Shown here piece after piece: positions 26,142 to 37,642 of a stretch of 64,000 nucleotides of DNA. Position numbers and translations under genes: made by a program. Every line of letters starts with the position of its first letter. Within the stretch, counting starts at the first letter, position 1. Location: assembly GCF_023055435.1 (NCBI RefSeq), contig NW_025963791.1, positions 30,256,001 to 30,320,000 of the forward strand. The letters run 5' to 3'. Source of the stretch: Haliotis rufescens. Taxonomy: Eukaryota. The notes under the pieces are model-generated. The model saw only the letters and a list, made by a program, of their open reading frames with translations. It was not told the origin of the DNA and did not search any database.

Positions 26142-29100
26142 ATGGACCTGCTCCAGACTTTGGGACCACAGGCCTTTGAGGTGACTTTCTTCCTCTCCTT
26201 CCTACTGCTGCTATACTCGGCCATAAATCTCCACATGCTAATGTCCATGGTCTTATTTTCTCTGCTCTACTACACGTACCAAGTCATCAGAAAGAGAACT
26301 GTCAAATATACATCACCTACAGACAAGTATGTTCTCATTACCGGCTGCGATACAGGTGAGTGTGAAGTTTGTTTGTTTGTTTGTTTAACGCCACACTCAG
26401 GAATATTCCAGATACATGACGGAGGACCCTGAATAATCGAGTCTGGACCAGATTATGCTTGGACGTACAGAATGAGGATCGATCTACGCAATAGGGATAC
26501 GATGACATGCGTCAATCCTGTCTGACTATAGAGTCCATTTTGTCGCCTCTTACCACAAGCGTAGATTTGCTGGGGACCTATTCTAGTATGGAATCCACAC
26601 GGTCGAAAGTGCTGATTCAGTTACATCCCAGTAATTAGGTATTTGTTCAATCGACGTTAAAAACGAGTAAGTTGAATGTTTAATTCCATATATGAGACGT
26701 GATTATAAAATTTAAAAAATTTAAAATACAATTACAAATACTTGTTTTTAAATTTATTAACAACTAGCTTTTCCATTTCAAAATCTAGATGGAGGAGAAC
26801 ATGTCTAAATTATCTATGTTTTTTTATAAACGTAGTGCTTAGCTATGAACACACGAATGCTTACAATTGTGTAAGCTATTCCGCCTTCTTTCAAGGTATC
26901 GGACACAGCTTGGCTATCACCCTAGACGACATCGGGTTCAATGTGATAGCCACATGCTTGCATGCAGAGGGAGAGGGTGCAAAGCAACTGAGAAAGGCGG
27001 GGTCGAAGAGGATGCATGTATTGGAAGTGGACGTCTCAAGTGATGACAGTGTTGCAAAATGTCTCAAATATGTCGAGAACGAATGCCAAACAATGGGTAA
27101 GCATGCAGCTTAAAAGTTGTATACTATTTTCATGATTATGAAGATACCAATGCCTATTCAGATTATGTAGTAGTATTGGCGTTTTGTTATTGGACTTGGT
27201 ATAGGCCCAAAGTCAATTAGATAGGCGGGATATGTTGGTCAGAGGCAGCTGTTGTCATCCTGGTCCTGAGAGATCTGTTGTCTTTGTGGCCCAAAGCGGG
27301 TTATATTGGCCCGAAATAACTGGTTCATGGCCCAAGGCGAGCTATGTTAGCCAAAGGAACTGTTGTCATCATGGCCCAATGCAGGCTATGTTGGCCCCAA
27401 ATAACGGTTTCATGGACCATGGCGGGTTATGTTGGCCAGAGGGAACTGTTGTCATCATGGTCAATGGCGGGTTATTTTGGCCCGAAGCAGCTGTTGTCAT
27501 AATGGCCAAGTTCGAAGGCAGCATGAAAACATCCATATAACGGCACTTTTCTAATGCCCTAGTCTGCCAAATAACTCAAAATGCTCAAGATCCTGGATTC
27601 TCATACAATCACTGTCTACTCTCTTGACACCGGGGTGACCTCACTTTCGTAAACGTTTAATATTTTTAGTCGCTTCACATTTTATACTTCATAATTCAGC
27701 CACTACGAACATTTTAGAGATATGACACACTTTTATGTAAGATGACAAATAAGTACTTGTCCGGGTTTAATCCGACTTGACCTTCTAGTTTCCTTATTTA
27801 TGGTTCCGGCTGACTTGGGTGTAGTATTGTCACTTGATTCATAACATATGTGGGGGCACGGGTGGCCCAGTCGTCTAAGGCGCCGCGATTCGCTGTGCAG
27901 AGTTGCGTCCCTTGGGCACGCCTGAAACCTATGATTGTGGGTTCGAATCCCGGTTCGCCCCGATTATGTTTCTAGGTTTGTCAGCACCATACCGTGCTCG
28001 TGGGTTTCACCGAAGTGGTAAACGTCTGAGACCTGCATCACTTCGGGCTTTCCTCCCACATTAAGCTGACAAGCCGTGATATAACTGGAATCACTTGATT
28101 CATAACATATGTTACATCTACTGCACATCAAACGGCCGGGCACCTGGCTTGGCATTATATCTCGGTCGCTGTAATGCATGTGGAGTAGTTCCGGTCAGTG
28201 TCAAGACGAGGCCAGATGGGAACAAATATTGTATTCTAAGTCTCCATCCACGTACAAATAATTGCAGATAGTCCATTCATTAACGAATCTTCTTAGCTCG
28301 GACCGACTGACCAACTGTTGTTCTGGTTGTTGCTTAACGCCGATCTCAACAATATTCCAACTATTTGACGTCGGTCTGTAAATAATCGACACTTAACACA
28401 ATCCACGCAACTGGGATACTATGACACGCAATAAACTCAAGTCACCGTACCCGTCCACCAATCTGGGCCCTATATTTCACGGGTCTCGGACTATTTCAGT
28501 GTGTATAATGGTCATAATGTACACTAAAATGTTTTCATGTTATAATGCTAGTTTACTGACGAAATAGTTTTATATATCTGTTGGAAACCGAGTAATTTGG
28601 GGTAATTATATAGTGCAAAGGGCCATGAGTTAGTAGTGGGGTTCGATCTAGACAATCCGCAGGGCCAGTGCACTCTGCTATCACTGGGCCGCTTCAGGCT
28701 GGCCACGCCTATTACATCCAAGGGAATTTTGAAACGTCTAATTTTTTTCCAATTTCATCCCATGTAGGTAGTACAAAGTTAATTTTACTGGCAGCGTGTA
28801 AAGATATATGTCGGGTTGGCACATGCGCTATATCTAATACTTATTGATCTCTGGATAGGTTGGTATGGATATTTGCGATATATACTATATCAATAACACC
28901 TGTCGCCAATATCAGCACGCCATTGAAACATAAAGTATGTTATAGATCTCTCGACAGACATCGAGACTGACACAGTAATGCTATATGATTGCATTACATT
29001 TCATGTTTTACGAGACCACGTATCGTATGCAATGCACAACATTGTATCGTAATATTATTAAATGCTTTGTGTTCACTGTTATAGGATTATGGGCTCTCGT

Positions 29101-32100
29101 CAACAACGCTGGAATAAACTTTTTGGGCGATATAGAGCTTGCAACAATGAAACAGTACATCTACATTAACAATGTCAATAATTTTGGTCCTCTAAGGATG
29201 ACGAAAGCATTCCTTCCTCTCATACGAAAGGCAAGAGGTATGTCAATGTTTTTATTTACAAACCAATAATACGTTGTACAGCAACTGAACGCAGATTACA
29301 TGCATCACACACATCCGGAGAGGGGTGGCTGAAAAAGTCTGAGCCTCATGATCACTACGAAAGATGTACATTACATCCTCAACAATTTACATGTCTTACG
29401 TACACTAGTTCCCATGCTTACAGACGACATTTGAACCAAATACACAACCTGGTAGCATATTTCCGCAGACATCAAAGTGACTAAGAATGCTGTTGATTAA
29501 AATGGACAAAATTGACATCAAGTATCTCAAACTGAAAGGGCTAACTCCATCATCTACGGATGCGGACATGGTGTCGAGTTTAGGGATGATTATCCTTCCT
29601 TTGTCACGGTTACAAGGTGGGCAGTGAAGAGGAGAAGAAAGAGCCTCAAATATGACCCAAGATCTGGAAGACCACCAACTGCCACCACTGAGGCAAATGT
29701 TGATAAAATCCAAGATATGAATGTGAATGAACAACCACTCATCACACGTCTCCCATGAGAGAGTTGAGAACATTCCGAATAATGAATTGGGCATGGCAAA
29801 GGTTTCATCACACTGGGTTCCAAGGCTTATTCCTCCTGATCAGAAACGTTCCGGGCTGACCATCATCTCTCATGATGATGTACGTCCTTAAGAAGTAGCT
29901 CCAGCTTATTTTTTCACCAGGGATGAGTGTTGGGTTCACCACTAACAGTCAGTGCAAGCATCTAACACCTCCTCTGAAGAAGGCAAAGTATATTCTTGGA
30001 TTCAACAGAAATCCTACTGGTGGCCCAAAAGTCACTTTGATAGCCATTAAGAAGTTGGAGTACTAAATTAGGATTCGATTTATGGATGAACAACTTCTTT
30101 TTACAATTAAGAGCGACGTTTTGTTGTAGATTCTAATACTGTTATCAAGCAAGTGATGACTTGCTTGATAACGCTGTTAGAACCTTATTTAATTAATGGC
30201 TAATATTATACTAATCTGCTTAGGAGAATAACAGTGTCGTGGAAAGCTCAACAAAGGTGTGTTCCACGAGGAAAATGCATATGTGTACAAGTCTGTTGCC
30301 GCCATGACTGCAGTGCATGACTGTTTCTTTGAACTTATTGAACATTCTCCATATTCACCAGATTTGGTCCCCGACAGCTTCCCCCTCCTTCCAAACTTGA
30401 AGCTATACCTCGATAGCAATTTGTAATACACAATGACACCCTGTCTGATATGGAGGAGTTTTTACATCACCAGGAGGAAACCTTCTACACCAGTGGGATC
30501 CATGTACTCCAGCATCGGGGATTATTTTGAAAAACTCCATCACTGCAGGCCATCGTTGTTAGGTTCAAACACTCCTCGAATAACACCAAGAACATGTTGA
30601 CCATATCATAGTAATGTGAACCATACCACAAGATATAATCTTGGAACTTGCTTACCGTTACCCTTAGTATCCAGCTATATGAACACGAATAACCTCTATC
30701 TCGTTTTTAACGCATCAGGCTTGTTCTTTGGTTTCAAATAGATTATCTTCAATTGGTTTCAGGTCGCGTCGTGAATGTGACCAGCGTCAAGGGTAGGTTT
30801 GCCTTGCCCTCAAACGCTGCGTACAGTATGACCAAATGGGCAGGAGAAAATTTCTCAGATACTCTTAGATTAGAGATGAAGAAATTTGGGGTCAAGGTCA
30901 TTATCATGGAGCCAGGGCATTTTGGTGGTGCCACTGGGTGCCTGAACAAAGAAGGGGTATGTATCAAAAGTTTAAATCGTTAAATGCATTTCAATCACTT
31001 CACCGTACGCCTTATATTGCATGGACAAAAAATGGGTTTTGATATTACCTCTTTTCAACGATTAAAACCCATCCACTAACCTCTTTTTGAAGGACTACTG
31101 TTTCCTTTGAAACTCAAGCAACATGTATGTTATATATAAGCCACTAATCAGACTACATGTAGTTTGATGTCACTCATGGTGTCTCCCCTGGACTGCAGGT
31201 TGCCCGTATAAGAAAGGATCTTGACGAGCAGTGGGAGGAATCGTCCGAGGACGTGAGATATACCTACGGGAAGGAGTACCTTGACGAGCAGTTCCAGGCA
31301 GCCATCTCCTCCTCCTCCACCAGCTTCCCTACACTGCATCCCATTATGGCAGCTTTCAAGGATGCCCTTTTGAACGAGCAGCCACAGAATAGATATCTAA
31401 CGGATGGCAGCAACGGCTTGTACGATCCATATTGTGTAAGTAAATCTGCCCGAACTTTCCAGGGTGGTTGTTTTTGTAATAATACATATCTATGCCAGAA
31501 TTCCTGTATACTTGCGGTCAACTGCTTTTCCTTCACAAACACATTCTCTGTAAATAATCATCTTGATACGGGCTCAGAAATAACGTTCCACACTTCCCAG
31601 TGATTCTACGATATTTGTTGATGGATAGTTTGTCATATGTCCTAAGTGTACTGCCTAAATATACCATGATCTTATGATCGCACTAATTATCATGTAACGC
31701 TCTACGGTATCTCTGCTGAATCTAACCTAAATACGAAAAGAAAATTTGAATTGGGAGATGCTATAGGTTTAATCATCTATGTCCGTTGCCCCTTTCAAAG
31801 TTGTGTGTGTTTGTGTTTGTTAATTATACTCTAAGACTATATTTAAGTTTATAGGTCAAACTTCATGAATACTGGCACAAACGTCAGTTGTATGTGCCTC
31901 CTCTCCTGATAAACACTACATAGCAAAGTACACACGGAACATGCACAAACGGCCACACAACAGGGCGACGTGTGATTTCAATATGGCTGCCATGACGCTT
32001 ATCGAACCTTGAGTTTAGTTTCAGTTGCTCAGTATTATCCTCGGATATATAAAACGTGAAAGGTTCAAATGAATGTACTTAACGAAGACGGACAACTGGT

Positions 32101-32596
32101 CGTTGTAATGAAAAGAACCGACGGATCTTATAATATTGCGGCTCATTAATTTTGAAGTGATTCTGTGTCAGATTATGGTAACCTGTTGAGACAAGGATAC
32201 AACAATTAAAGTCATATTAACGCAATAAGGACTAACCGAACAACCCGATTATACAGTCAATATCTCAGAGAGAAACTTGTTTAGTTGCAGACAGGTTTTA
32301 GAAGTGGTAGTTATGTTCAAAGAATTTATATATTACGCAAACAGAGAGGCACTGACACACTGACTTATGACTCTCCGCCAATATCTAACAATCTCGCTAT
32401 TTCATACTGACTTTTTCTTCTTTCTTATCATTTAACAAACAAAAATTATCTTGTATATATTGTAAACTATCTCAACAATGTTTATTGTCTGTTTCAGTTG
32501 TGTGCCCGCTTGTATTGTGTTCTCCCTGAGACGTGGATGGATAAGATTGTAGACTATCATTTTGGAAGAGGGCCAGTCGTTAATGCCCTGAAATAG
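26142..32596 (+). CDS. BDH1-like: SDR paralog 4, BDH1-like; exons 26142-26355, 26896-27096, 29085-29237, 30763-30956, 31199-31435, 32498-32596
   Basis: TGCDTGIG, NNAG, NVTS and YSMTK; conserved exon phases; ends ...VNALK*. Confidence 0.9.
27225..27510. repeat. Degenerate tandem repeat of about 45 bp
   Basis: Recurring ggcgggttatgttggcc...ctgttgtcatcatggccc. Confidence 0.75.
27852..28090 (+). mobile_element. SINE family B, lacking its tail
   Basis: 22-bp TSD tcacttgattcataacatatgt. Confidence 0.9.
29318..30578 (+). mobile_element. Decayed mariner (D34D-type) transposon in intron 3 of SDR4
   Basis: Remnants DPRSGRP, WVPRL, TRDECW and HSPYSPDLVP across many frameshifts; degenerate gaggggtggctgaaaaagt TIR. 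Confidence 0.82.
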
Positions 32597-32664
32597 GAAA
32601 CATGAGTGTAATGACGCTGGTTATTTTCCCAAACAAAACTATCTACCGTGTTGTGTTCATTTGA

Positions 32665-32752
32665 GTTATATATTCATCCTCAGACATCAACAGGATTGAT
32701 AGGAATCAACAAGGGCATTCACACCATTGGAACACACAGCCAAACGAACGCA

Positions 32753-32837
<85 letters not shown>

Positions 32838-32914
32838 TATATATTTATCCTCACACATCAACACGATTTTTAGGAATCAAAAAGGGGATTCGCACCATTG
32901 GAACACACAGCCAA

Positions 32915-32956
<42 letters not shown>

Positions 32957-33126
32957 TATATATTTATCCTCACACATCAACAGGATTAATAGGAATCAAC
33001 AAGGGGATGCGCACCATTGGAACACACACACACATACACACACACACACACACTAGTTATATATTCATCCTCACACATCAAAAGGGCTAATAGGAATCAA
33101 CAATGGGTTGCGCACGCACGCACGCT

Positions 33127-33188
<62 letters not shown>

Positions 33189-33190
33189 AC
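32665..33190. repeat. Four-unit compound tandem repeat, each unit carrying a variable-length (CA)n, 3' of SDR4
   Basis: Unit atcctcacacatcaacaggat...aggaatcaa...caccattggaacac(ac)n-tagttatat. Confidence 0.9.
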
Positions 33191-33806
33191 CTCAACACTC
33201 ACACACGTCTCCGGATTGCGTATGTTGTTTGCTGTTTAACGCCCCCTCAGTAATATTCCAGTTATATGATGACAGTCTGTAAATAATCGACTCTGGACCA
33301 GACAATCCAGTGATTCACACCGTGGCATCGATCTACGCAATTTAGATACGATGACATACATCAACCAGTCAGCGAGATTGACCACCCGAACCCATTAGTT
33401 GCCTGTTACTTCAAGCATGGGTTGCTGAAGATCAATTCTTACCCGGATCTTCACGCGTATGTAGTTGACGCTATATGTTCAATAATTCGCTTCGAAATAT
33501 GCAGCATTTTCTATCTTACTCAGATATTCTCAATGTTCAGGGATTCTGAATCATTTTTTGATTTAGTAGTAGAGTAATAATTAGTTGTAGAATATTAATA
33601 CTCTGGGATTTTCCAGCATACACCCAGGAATACACTTGCAAACACACGGAGATTTTTTTTATACAATCAGTGCTTCTCCTTCACTGCTCTATGATTCTCT
33701 AGCACACACAGGGATTATCTACCAACTACTCTGGGTTTCTCTATCGAATTCTCAAGGATCTCTGTCATATACTCTGTTATATGTCAGGAATTCTTCATAG
33801 TACACC

Positions 33807-35093
33807 AATAGAGGTTATCACGCGAGTGTGTTTGGGGATGGTAAATATTCTGCATTAGGAATAAACATTGTATTTAGCGAGCCTTGGCGAGCTAAATACA
33901 TAGTGTTTATTCCTAATACAGGATATTTACCATCCCCAAACACACAAGCGTGATAACCTCTTTATCATATCATGTCATTCTTTAATTCTGTGTTTCAAAA
34001 TCGCTTTCCCTCTCTCATAAACATTACCGAAACATTGCGAGTTTTCCTGGAATGCGCGCATTAATATTTATTACGTCACAGGGTAAGTGATGTGTCAGTC
34101 GGACAGTGACAGTAGCCAATATAGTTCCAACTGAAATCTGTTTCTTATACAGTGGCGAAGCAATATATACGCAAAACAACAGTTGTTTGTAAATGCCTTT
34201 CGCGGCAATCCATCGGTCTGTCCGCTAGAGAAACTGCCCTTTGTCAAAGGGAAGCTACTCTAAACCTAGTCTACGAGACATCACGGCCACGGTCAGACGT
34301 TGTTGACAGTCGGCCTGTCCTGTCATAACGTTAAGAAGCGCAATCAATGTACAGACAGCGACAAAACGAAACAAGGTAACAATTCAAACATATTTCGGCC
34401 AAATCCAACTGTTTTAATTTGTGGAGAAGGTTTCAAGCACAGATATGGCTCCTGATCCCGCTTGGCTAGACCTCGTGCCCTCGCAAAATTGTTTCTCCAA
34501 AGTTGCCAAAACTTATAAAATGCCTTCGCTACGTCACAGTTAGACACTGATTTTCAGTATATTAGACTCTTCTTTTGATAATAAAAGCAATTATCTCTGT
34601 AGTTTATCCAGATTCCCGATGGTTAGGGCGCATGGGTGGCCAAGTCGTCTGAGGCGCCGCGATTCGCTGTGCAGAGTTGCGTCCCTTGGGCACGCCTGAA
34701 ACCTATGATTGTGGGTTCGAATCCCGGTTCGCCCCGATTATGTTACTAGGTTTGTCAGCACCATACCGGTGCTCGTGGGTTTCATCGAAGTGGTAAACGT
34801 CTGAGACCTGCATCACTTCGGGCTTTCCTCCCACATAAAGCTGACACGCCGTGATATAACTGGAATACTGTTAAAAGCGGCGTTAAACCCAACTCACTCA
34901 CTCACTCACTCCCGATGGTTAATTCTAACTCGATCGCGAATGACAAGGGCGACGCCATGTTTGTTTATAAACAGTGAAAGTAGTCCCTACTTGACCTTTG
35001 ATATTTGTATCTCTATCCGCATATGGCCCCAACGGATATCGTTTTTATCCGTTGGCTTTATCCTGCCGAGAAACTTACCCATTACATGATAAA
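33807..35093. mobile_element. Putative non-autonomous DNA element with a terminal 150-bp palindrome (Crypton-like by inference), interrupted by SINE B at 34626-34910
   Basis: Hairpin at 33811-33960; ctttatcat/atgataaag inverted pair at 33960 and 35086; nested SINE with TSD tcccgatggtta. Confidence 0.5.
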
Positions 35094-36074
35094 GGGATAT
35101 ATCCAGCGAGACTCATCAGGTCCATACTTGTATATATAAACGTGATAAACGAAACGAGACTTTAAACTGATATTTTTCGTAAAAATCTGATCATATATAG
35201 ACAGTCATGTATATACAGGTGAATGACAACTCTATGATTACACATGTTGGCAGCGATTTCCAAGTTATAAAAATAAATCATGAAATAAGCCTATGTACAA
35301 ATTTTAAACATATGTATATATGTGACATAAACAGAAATCACTGTGGAGTCATTAGAAGATCATGATGAAGATCTCCATTGATGCGAATGTTTGAGATTGT
35401 CAAAGAATATATATTTTTGCATCATCGGGTAAAAACTACTTTCCATTTACGGGTTACATATAAGATGATAATTCAGCAACAAGAACATTTGGATACACAA
35501 TATCAGTAAAGCATGACACGTACAATGTACTTAGTTGTTCGATTACCATTAACTATTTTTTCTGGAATATTACTAAAAGCGTCGTAAAACTATATTCACT
35601 CACTTACATACTACTGCACAGATACGTTATAACTATGCTAATTTTGTAAAGCCTCACAATGATGTGACGTAAGTCACCATACGCCTCACAGAATTATACA
35701 TGTATAAGACAGCTGATATCCCCTTTTCTGGAATAGTATACAGTGACAAGTATCACAAGAGCGCTTTGGTATCAAAATGATTTGGTCACTGCCAATAGGA
35801 GCATATACTGTTGTATACAGTCAGATCACATGGTTCCAGTTTAATCGGGAGATGCTGCATTTCGACTCCTAGATTTTGTTTGTTGCTTACATCCTCAGGA
35901 AGATTCCAACTGTATCACGGTGTCCTGTAAATTAGCGAGTTTGGTTGATATTGTGATCATCGTCCCACGACGTTGTGGTACCACCATGACACGTAATCAG
36001 CCATATCACCGAGCCGCGCCACCTAGGACGTTTAGTTGTTCATTACCAAAAGCATGACTTCTAATATAAAATTC

Positions 36075-36352
36075 GGGGGCACGGGTGGCCCAGTCGTCTA
36101 AGGCGCCGCGATTGGCTGTGCAGAGTTGCGTCCCTTGAACACGCCAGAAACCTATGATTGTGGGTTCGAATCCGTGTTGGCCCCAATTATGTTTCTAGGT
36201 TTGTCAGCACCATACTCGTGGTCGTGGGTTTCACTGAAGTGGTAAACGCCTGAGACCTGCATCACTTGGGGCTTTCCTCCCACATTAAGCTGACACGCCG
36301 TGATATAACTGGAATACTGTTAAAAGCGGCCCTAAACAAAACTTACTCACTC
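36075..36352 (+). mobile_element. SINE family B
   Basis: Full head, body and tail consensus. Confidence 0.9.
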
Positions 36353-36416
36353 GAATATTATTCGAATCTAACGCTGTGGCTGGGTGTGAAATAGTAGCGA
36401 TGAAGATGCATCTTTT

Positions 36417-37274
36417 GTGCTGGAGTTGATGTCTAGGCTTCTGCAAGTTGTTACAGATGCTACTGGTGAAGATGTATCTACTGTGGAGGAGCTGAATGCT
36501 GAGGTGGTGCATGTTGAACATTCTCGCTATGAAGATCGAACTAATGTGGTTGAGTTGATGGCTTGGCTGCTGTATGGTGCTACAGATGCTATTGAAGAAG
36601 ATGTGTCTAGTGTTGAGGAGCTGAATGCTGAGGTGGTGCATGTTGAACATTCTCGCTATGAAGATCGAACTAATGTGGTTGAGTTGATGGCTTGGCTGCT
36701 GTATGGTGCTACAGATGCTATTGAAGAAGATGTGTCAGGTGTTGAGGAGCTGAATGCTGAGGTGGTGCATGTTGCACATTCTCGCTATGAAGATCGAACT
36801 AATGTGGTTGAGTTGATGGCTTGGCTGCTGTATGGTGCTACAGATGCTATTGAAGAAGATGTGTCAGGTGTTGAGGAGCTGAATGCTGAGGTGGTGCATG
36901 TTGAACATTCACGCTATGAAGATGTAACTAGTGTGGTTGAGGTGATGGCTGGGCTGCTGTATGTTGCTACAGATGCTATTGATGAAGATACGTCTTTTGT
37001 TGAGGAGCTGTCAGCTGAGCAGTTCCATATTGTTTCAGATGCTATTGAAGAAGATGCATCTATTGTGGAGGAGCAGAAGGCTGAGCTGTTTGTTCCCAGT
37101 TGTAGTACGTGTACACTGGAGCATAGTTCATTTCTCCTTTGGTATACTCCGTGTCGGCATCATCCTTTATGTCCACTGTGCCGAACACACTTTCTGCGTA
37201 GGATGGAGGTGCTAGAAGAGAAAAACGGTACGTTTACATTCCGGAGTTGGCAAATCACAGAGATTTGTACGTAA
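36417..37274 (+). other. Open 285-codon frame made of 129-bp (43-aa) acidic tandem repeats ending in a partial RING-like Cys/His motif
   Basis: Repeat period of 129 bp (gctgaatgct at 36491, 36620, 36749, 36878); C-terminal CSTC-x13-CRHHPLCPLCR. Coding status is unproven. Confidence 0.45.
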
Positions 37275-37642
37275 AGAACACGATATCACAAACATGTTAT
37301 TATAGATCAAAAATAAGAAACGTGGGGCTTGTTATATAGCAAAATCACATTAGAATGATAGGTGTTTGATGATTGTTAAAAACGTCAGTGTGATAAATTT
37401 TGAGACGACTGTGGTTACTGGGGTATACATGTATATATATCATTTGACACTTTGATATTGTGACGAACATTTGCAAAGGAGTTCTGCCAGGACTGTGAAA
37501 ATATACATACTTTCACAGTTTCCATGGGATAAAAGGCCCACAACATGAAATATTGTTCCAGTTATTGCTCTAGCAATTTTAGCCGTTTTATGTAGAAAGT
37601 TGTTGAAAATTCCAAATATGATGATATTCCAAGTGAGCTCAC

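Noticed and set aside
32648-33253. THTH, SLSL, CVCV and MYVC repeat ORFs (also at 9922, 42025, 44876 and 49578)
   Set aside because: These are translations of microsatellites.
35891-36022. AG/GT-bounded minus-strand segment as the missing arrestin last exon
   Set aside because: It has stops in all three frames and no PPxY or arrestin similarity.
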